DNA from: a virus | Taxonomy: Duplodnaviria; Caudoviricetes | Direction: 5' to 3' (one strand) | Virus record (IMG/VR): IMGVR_UViG_3300028805_000109 | Location: 2,478-66,477 of that record | Length of the DNA stretch: 64,000 nucleotides | In this document: one piece after another, positions 59,516 to 64,000 of the stretch | Position numbering within the stretch: the first letter of the stretch is position 1 | Layout of the letters: each line of letters opens with the position of its first letter | Notes under the pieces: generated by a model | What the model was told of the DNA's origin: nothing | Database searches by the model: none | The model's input: the letters and a program-made list of their open reading frames with translations, nothing else | Made by a program: the position numbers and the translations under genes

Positions 59516-59623
59516 GTAATTAAGATTAGGATTAGAATTGAAATTAGAATCTAAAATGAGAATTGAAATCGAAAATCTAAAATGGGAAATAGATTTAAAT
59601 ATAAGAATCCAAAATGAAAATTA

Positions 59624-59721
59624 AGATTGAAAATTAAAAATCCATTTTCAAAATCAAAATTGAAATTCAGAATTGAGATTCGGAATCAGAATTGAAAATC
59701 AAGATTGAGATTGAAAATGGA
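59624..59721 (+). repeat. Left arm of a perfect inverted repeat (at least 98 bp)
   Basis: Exact reverse complement of 63903-64000. Confidence 0.93.
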
Positions 59722-59738
59722 GTAATTATATTCAAATA

Positions 59739-59954
59739 CTACTCATTATAATATTCAGCTAAATCTAATGCATTATAGTATGCATCATCCGCACCACTTA
59801 CATCTCTCATGGCATCTTTTATTACGTTTTCGCTCATTCCACAATGGTTAGCGTAAAAATTATACATATCCAAGTCAGTATCACACTTATCATAAATGTA
59901 TGAATCTGTTACCATTCCTTCATCATATTTTTTTAAATCTTTTGCACTATACAT
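59739..59954 (-). CDS. Acidic hypothetical protein, 71 aa
   Basis: AAGGAGG RBS; ends next to the inverted-repeat arm. Confidence 0.72.
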   Translation of the reverse strand: MYSAKDLKKYDEGMVTDSYIYDKCDTDLDMYNFYANHCGMSENVIKDAMRDVSGADDAYYNALDLAEYYNE

Positions 59955-60002
59955 TTATTTATCCTCCTTTATTATTTTCATTTATTCAATCCCTTCATGC
60001 AC

Positions 60003-60200
60003 TTAAAAAATATAACTACTTGATAAATACTTTGGAAATCTCTTTACAAATCTTTGATTTCCAAAACGTGTTTCTATTTCGCAACCTTGTTTTTGCAACC
60101 TCCTTATTTTTCTTTTTATGCCGCTATATGAAAACGCCCATATTCCTACAAAACAATATTCTTTTGGTGTTGACATTGTGCAAACAAATCTTTTAATCAT
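60003..60200 (-). CDS. Basic hypothetical protein, 65 aa
   Basis: AGGAGG RBS. Confidence 0.65.
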   Translation of the reverse strand: MIKRFVCTMSTPKEYCFVGIWAFSYSGIKRKIRRLQKQGCEIETRFGNQRFVKRFPKYLSSSYIF

Positions 60201-60363
60201 TTTTATCCTCCTTTATGATTGTATAAGTATATTCTTTGTACCCATCCTCATTATTCCAAATTTTTAAAACCTTACCTTTTCTGTCAACATCAATTGATAA
60301 TTCTACACTTTCGCCACTATGTTCTATCATTTCCTTATCCGATATATTGATTACTATTTGCAT
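60193..60363 (-). CDS. Hypothetical protein, 56 aa (missing from the ORF track)
   Basis: MQIVINISDKEMIEHSGESVELSIDVDRKGKVLKIWNNEDGY...; AAGGTGG RBS. Confidence 0.65.
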   Translation of the reverse strand: MQIVINISDKEMIEHSGESVELSIDVDRKGKVLKIWNNEDGYKEYTYTIIKEDKND

Positions 60364-60379
60364 TTTTTCCACCTTTGCT

Positions 60380-60574
60380 TTATAAACTATCTATAAATTC
60401 CTTTGCATCTTCAAGTGTTGCAAATTCTTCGCCTATGTAATCTTCGCCATCAGATACATTGTAGAAAAAAGGATATTTCTTAATTCTGTTTCCATCTGAA
60501 TCAACTTTCCAACACTTATCAATTCCATATCCTTTGTAGTTTTTTAATTCCTTGCTATCAAAATCGTAAAACAT
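60380..60574 (-). CDS. Hypothetical protein, 64 aa
   Basis: Own TTGACA-17-TATAAT promoter; FATLEDAKEFID motif. Confidence 0.7.
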   Translation of the reverse strand: MFYDFDSKELKNYKGYGIDKCWKVDSDGNRIKKYPFFYNVSDGEDYIGEEFATLEDAKEFIDSL

Positions 60575-60637
60575 ATTGTGTACTTCGCTTTCCTTTGATG
60601 ATTATATTATATTGAATGTTTATATAAATGTCAATAC

Positions 60638-61279
60638 TTATTTTATCGGTCTTATTGCTTTAATGGTTACAGTTTTATAAACACCTTTATTGGTTTCATA
60701 ACGTACAGTGTATTCAAGTCCACTATTACGATGAGTAGGTACTACCGATAGTATGTTTTCAAGATGTATAGTTTTTGTCTTAGGCATCTTTTTAACAATT
60801 CTCAATCCTATTCTAAGGCGGTCAATATCTGTATATTCAATAGGATAATGCTCATATTTTCTATTGATACGTGAATTTGATACATCAATCCAATGCTTTA
60901 CAGTATCAATATCATCTGTAATAGCACCACCATCGTATTCACCACCAATCACATAATAAACGTGTTCGTAAAATACTTCAAGGTCGTCATTCCATACTAT
61001 ATCTGTATCAATATGTTTTAGCGTTTTATGACCTAATCTTAGTACGAATACATAATTATGATAATTATAATCCATTGCTAAGTTTTTATTGTAGTGATAT
61101 GCGGTTTCTTTTTCTATCCATATTCTAATAAAATCATGATTCTTTCGCATATCTATATGTCTAGTGCCGTTTGAACCGCTCATAGTTATCGTGTTTAATA
61201 CATATCCTTGATTGTAATATGCATTAACAAATTCTGTTATTTTAGTGTCAAGATAATTTGATTTAATATTATATACCAT
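60638..61279 (-). CDS. Hypothetical protein, 213 aa
   Basis: GGAGG RBS before MVYNIK. Confidence 0.75.
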   Translation of the reverse strand: MVYNIKSNYLDTKITEFVNAYYNQGYVLNTITMSGSNGTRHIDMRKNHDFIRIWIEKETAYHYNKNLAMDYNYHNYVFVLRLGHKTLKHIDTDIVWNDDLEVFYEHVYYVIGGEYDGGAITDDIDTVKHWIDVSNSRINRKYEHYPIEYTDIDRLRIGLRIVKKMPKTKTIHLENILSVVPTHRNSGLEYTVRYETNKGVYKTVTIKAIRPIK

Positions 61280-61307
61280 TGTATTTACCTCCATTTTAAA
61301 AAATTTT

Positions 61308-61490
61308 TTAGAAAATATTACATTCTTTCTCTCTGTATTTAATACCCGATATACTCTTTAGATATTGCGTCCAATGTGCGGCTAATTCTGTCCATGAATC
61401 TTTTTTAATAATATCTGTTTCCTTTTCTGCACAATCTAAATAATAATCTATATAAGATTTAATAATCTGAATTCGTTCTTGTTCTTTCAT
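61308..61490 (-). CDS. Hypothetical protein
   Basis: AGGAG RBS. Confidence 0.65.
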   Translation of the reverse strand: MKEQERIQIIKSYIDYYLDCAEKETDIIKKDSWTELAAHWTQYLKSISGIKYREKECNIF

Positions 61491-61492
61491 AA

Positions 61493-61750
61493 TCAATCTC
61501 CTATACTATAATAAGTGCTAACAAATTCACCATTAGGTGTAATATAATAATTCCAATCACCATATGCCGCTTGTTCATAACCAATTGTGATACTATCTTT
61601 TGGTGCGAATTTTACCTCTTTAAAGTGCTTAGTGCGATAATCAGTTCTGCTACTAATCAGATTGATTACTGCATCAAACTGTGCCTTAGTCAAAGTTACT
61701 GTAGCATTTTCAGTGTCATAGTTGTTGAATAATTCATCTAAGAAATCCAT
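61493..61750 (-). CDS. Hypothetical protein, 85 aa
   Basis: AGGAGG RBS and own promoter. Confidence 0.72.
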   Translation of the reverse strand: MDFLDELFNNYDTENATVTLTKAQFDAVINLISSRTDYRTKHFKEVKFAPKDSITIGYEQAAYGDWNYYITPNGEFVSTYYSIGD

Positions 61751-61913
61751 GTTATATACCTCCTATGTATTGGCTGTTTCTTAACTACAAGTATAATATA
61801 TCATATATATATTAAGTTGTCAACACTAAAATTAAAAAATATTTATGGTAGTTACATTTAAATATATTGCTCTATCACATAAAAAAGAGCCGCATAAAAA
61901 CGGCTCTTAATGA

Positions 61914-62291
61914 TTATTCGTTTATAAACTTATAAATCATATCAATCTTAGATTGTGAAATACTATGTGAATTTGATAAGAACGTTGTGATTGTACCAAT
62001 AGAACTTATATTTCTATCATGACAACGCTTTGCAAATTCAGTCTTAGTAATATTGTGTTTGCGTATATACTCTAAACAATCTTTTCTCAATGTGATTGCT
62101 TTAAGTTCCTTATTAACAAACGTATTACTCTTATTATCAAGATATGATTTATAATCGTCCAATGTTTTACCATAACGCTTGATAACTTCATTTATATACT
62201 GTCTAGTACAGCCAAGAGTTTCGGCTGTAATAGACTGATTATAATTATTAAGTTCTAAAGTTTTGTACACGTTTATAATTTTATCATTCAT
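61914..62291 (-). CDS. Double HTH DNA-binding protein
   Basis: QSITAETLGCTRQYINEVIKRY and ITKTEFAKRC...SIGTITTFL HTH patterns; GGAGG RBS favours the ATG at 62291. Confidence 0.72.
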   Translation of the reverse strand: MNDKIINVYKTLELNNYNQSITAETLGCTRQYINEVIKRYGKTLDDYKSYLDNKSNTFVNKELKAITLRKDCLEYIRKHNITKTEFAKRCHDRNISSIGTITTFLSNSHSISQSKIDMIYKFINE

Positions 62292-62354
62292 TTCAATACC
62301 TCCAAGTATTATATTATCATAACATTTATATTGCGTCAATAGGTTTTTAAAAAA

Positions 62355-62951
62355 TCATACTACTTGTAGTTTACCTAAAGATGACTTACCACATCTCTTA
62401 CAATAATAATCTTTAGTATGTTTAATCCACTTAGGTTCTCTTTGCCTATACACATCGGTTATAATACGATTACAACAAGGACATTTTAACCTATAATGTT
62501 TCTGTTTTGATTTATTTTTCTCTATACGCTCTTTATTAACATCGGCGTTTAATCTTTCACTAAAATCCGAGCATCTAACAATATTCATATTGTAGCAATC
62601 ATTAACCAATTCAGCATATTCTAACCATTTACCACCATGATGAGCACCTACACATTCATTACATGAATGAATCAATTCGTGCATCACCGTGGTACGTACA
62701 CTATTAATATCATTTCTGTCATCCAATAAGAATGAACTAATGTTAATACTCATAGTTGCTGATATTGGTTCACGCTTTAACGTTATTGGATTATATCTGT
62801 ACTGTACATTACGATATTTACATTGACCATATCTTGTTTTTGCTCTTGTATTTACTGTAAATTCATTTTCAGTAATATTGGGATAAATACCAATAGCGTT
62901 TAATTCAGCTATACACTCTTTTGCAATTTTCTTTAAGTCATACATTCCCAT
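62355..62951 (-). CDS. SprT-like zinc metalloprotease with a C-terminal zinc ribbon
   Basis: RAKTRYGQC, HELIH (HExxH), HHGGKW; CPCC...CKRC. Confidence 0.85.
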   Translation of the reverse strand: MGMYDLKKIAKECIAELNAIGIYPNITENEFTVNTRAKTRYGQCKYRNVQYRYNPITLKREPISATMSINISSFLLDDRNDINSVRTTVMHELIHSCNECVGAHHGGKWLEYAELVNDCYNMNIVRCSDFSERLNADVNKERIEKNKSKQKHYRLKCPCCNRIITDVYRQREPKWIKHTKDYYCKRCGKSSLGKLQVV

Positions 62952-62984
62952 TTCTTTATTTCCTTTCGTCTTTTGATAAATCAA

Positions 62985-63175
62985 CTATATCAAATTATAT
63001 TTAGTTTGTCAAGCATATTTTTAAAATTATTTTTCTTTCTATTATACATAGAAAAATTGTGTGCATGATTAGTAGTAATTATATTTAAATATAAACGTGT
63101 ATATATAATTCTTATATAGAAGAAAAATTTTTTCAATTTATACTTGACAAATAAAATTCTATATGTTAATCTATC
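62985..63175. promoter_or_regulatory. Divergent sigmaA promoter pair around one ATATTTAAATAT
   Basis: Minus strand TTGACA-17-TATAGT (63012-62984); plus strand TTGACA at 63144; palindrome at 63081. Confidence 0.75.
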
Positions 63176-63211
63176 ATTGTAAACGATAACAAACATAAGA
63201 GAGGTAATAAT

Positions 63212-63472
63212 ATGACTTATCAAGATATTATGGAAATCTTAAAAGATTATGGACGTACTAAAGGACACGTATGGCTAGTAAAGGGATATTGTAATGATGC
63301 TACTATAGTACAACTTAAATATGATACTACAAGGCGTTATTTTATGACACGCATTTACGCATTATCTGAAACAAATGAATATTGCGATATTCCATTACAG
63401 AGAGTGCCACAAGATGTATTTCAGAACAATGTAGAATATTTATTATCACAAGGATATACAATTTCTTTTTAA
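63212..63472 (+). CDS. Hypothetical protein, 86 aa
   Basis: GAGG RBS. Confidence 0.72.
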   Translation: MTYQDIMEILKDYGRTKGHVWLVKGYCNDATIVQLKYDTTRRYFMTRIYALSETNEYCDIPLQRVPQDVFQNNVEYLLSQGYTISF

Positions 63473-63487
63473 TAGGAGGATAACAAA

Positions 63488-63895
63488 ATGAAAAGATATG
63501 TATATTATCAGCCAAACGACAAGGATTTAAAAGATGAAGTAGGAGATTGTCAAATAAGAGCATTTAGTAAAGTACTAGGACTTAGTTGGTTAGAGGCTTT
63601 TGATTTAACAACGCCACTTTGTAGAGAATTACAGACATATACAATATTCGGTTGTGATTTAAAGAAAACAAAAGAGGCTATGAGTAAGTTAGGATTTGAA
63701 TATACAGGTATATCTAACAAAAAGGGTAGTAAAAGACCGACAGTTGATGAGTTCGCTAAAAAGCATCCAATAGGAAAATATATTCTAAGTGTAGCAAACC
63801 ATGTTGTAGCTTGCGTTGATGGAAAATATTACGACACTTGGGATAGCGGCTATAAATGCTTATATGGTTATTATGAGTTAAAGAATGAACAATAA
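63488..63895 (+). CDS. Putative Cys-His-Asp peptidase-fold protein
   Basis: GDCQIRA...NHVVACVDG...DTWDS; common phage early family. Confidence 0.6.
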   Translation: MKRYVYYQPNDKDLKDEVGDCQIRAFSKVLGLSWLEAFDLTTPLCRELQTYTIFGCDLKKTKEAMSKLGFEYTGISNKKGSKRPTVDEFAKKHPIGKYILSVANHVVACVDGKYYDTWDSGYKCLYGYYELKNEQ

Positions 63896-63902
63896 CCCCC
63901 TA

Positions 63903-64000
63903 TCCATTTTCAATCTCAATCTTGATTTTCAATTCTGATTCCGAATCTCAATTCTGAATTTCAATTTTGATTTTGAAAATGGATTTTTAATTTTCAATCT
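63903..64000 (-). repeat. Right arm of the inverted repeat (runs off the window edge)
   Basis: Exact reverse complement of 59624-59721. Confidence 0.93.

Larger units (their letters stand above)
49424..63092. repeat. Dispersed 12-bp palindrome ATATTTAAATAT, about 19 exact copies plus variants, upstream of early promoters
   Basis: Exact copies read at 49424, 50842, 51266, ~52332, 53030, 53851, 54315, 55039, 56093, 56780, 57110, 57493, 57518, 58216, 58241, 58769, 58804, 59028 and 63081 (also 40820). All are intergenic. Confidence 0.92.

Noticed and set aside
59624-64000. Covalently closed hairpin telomere
   Set aside because: The arms are separated by 4.2 kb of unique coding DNA rather than abutting, and no protelomerase is visible.
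1-64000. Stop-codon recoding, tRNA/rRNA genes, integrase
   Set aside because: Long genes are intact under code 11 and TAA, TGA and TAG all end genes. No cloverleaf, rRNA or recombinase motifs were recognised by eye; tRNAscan-SE would be the decisive check.

Overview
AT-rich tailed dsDNA phage genome segment (siphovirus-like, standard genetic code). The host is probably a Clostridia/Lachnospiraceae-type Firmicute, inferred from sigmaA promoters, AGGAGG ribosome-binding sites and an IS607-type TnpB. Five blocks: (1) 1-17.3 kb (+): tail and lysis genes, including a tape-measure gene split by two ORF-less group I introns (spliced product 1471 aa) and a lysis cassette with three hydrolases. (2) 17.3-40.6 kb (-): replication and nucleotide genes (dUTPase, guanylate kinase, RecD2, radical SAM, DnaE, N4-C-type methyltransferase, RecJ, primase, helicase, HNH, Sak4-like ATPase, SSB-like). 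A TnpA-less TnpB element appears to be inserted into a Shine-Dalgarno sequence here. (3) 41.2-47.9 kb (+): a paralogous protein pair, ThyX and small hypothetical genes. (4) 48.4-63.0 kb (-): about 20 self-contained terminator-palindrome-promoter-gene cassettes. The palindrome ATATTTAAATAT sits in roughly 10-bp helical phase with the -35 boxes. The block also holds a probable sRNA with anti-SD motifs and two related operator-dense modules. (5) A perfect inverted repeat of at least 98 bp brackets a 4.2-kb divergent segment at the right edge. No CRISPR array, tRNA, rRNA, reverse transcriptase or integrase was seen. All functional calls come from motif recognition by eye; no database was searched.
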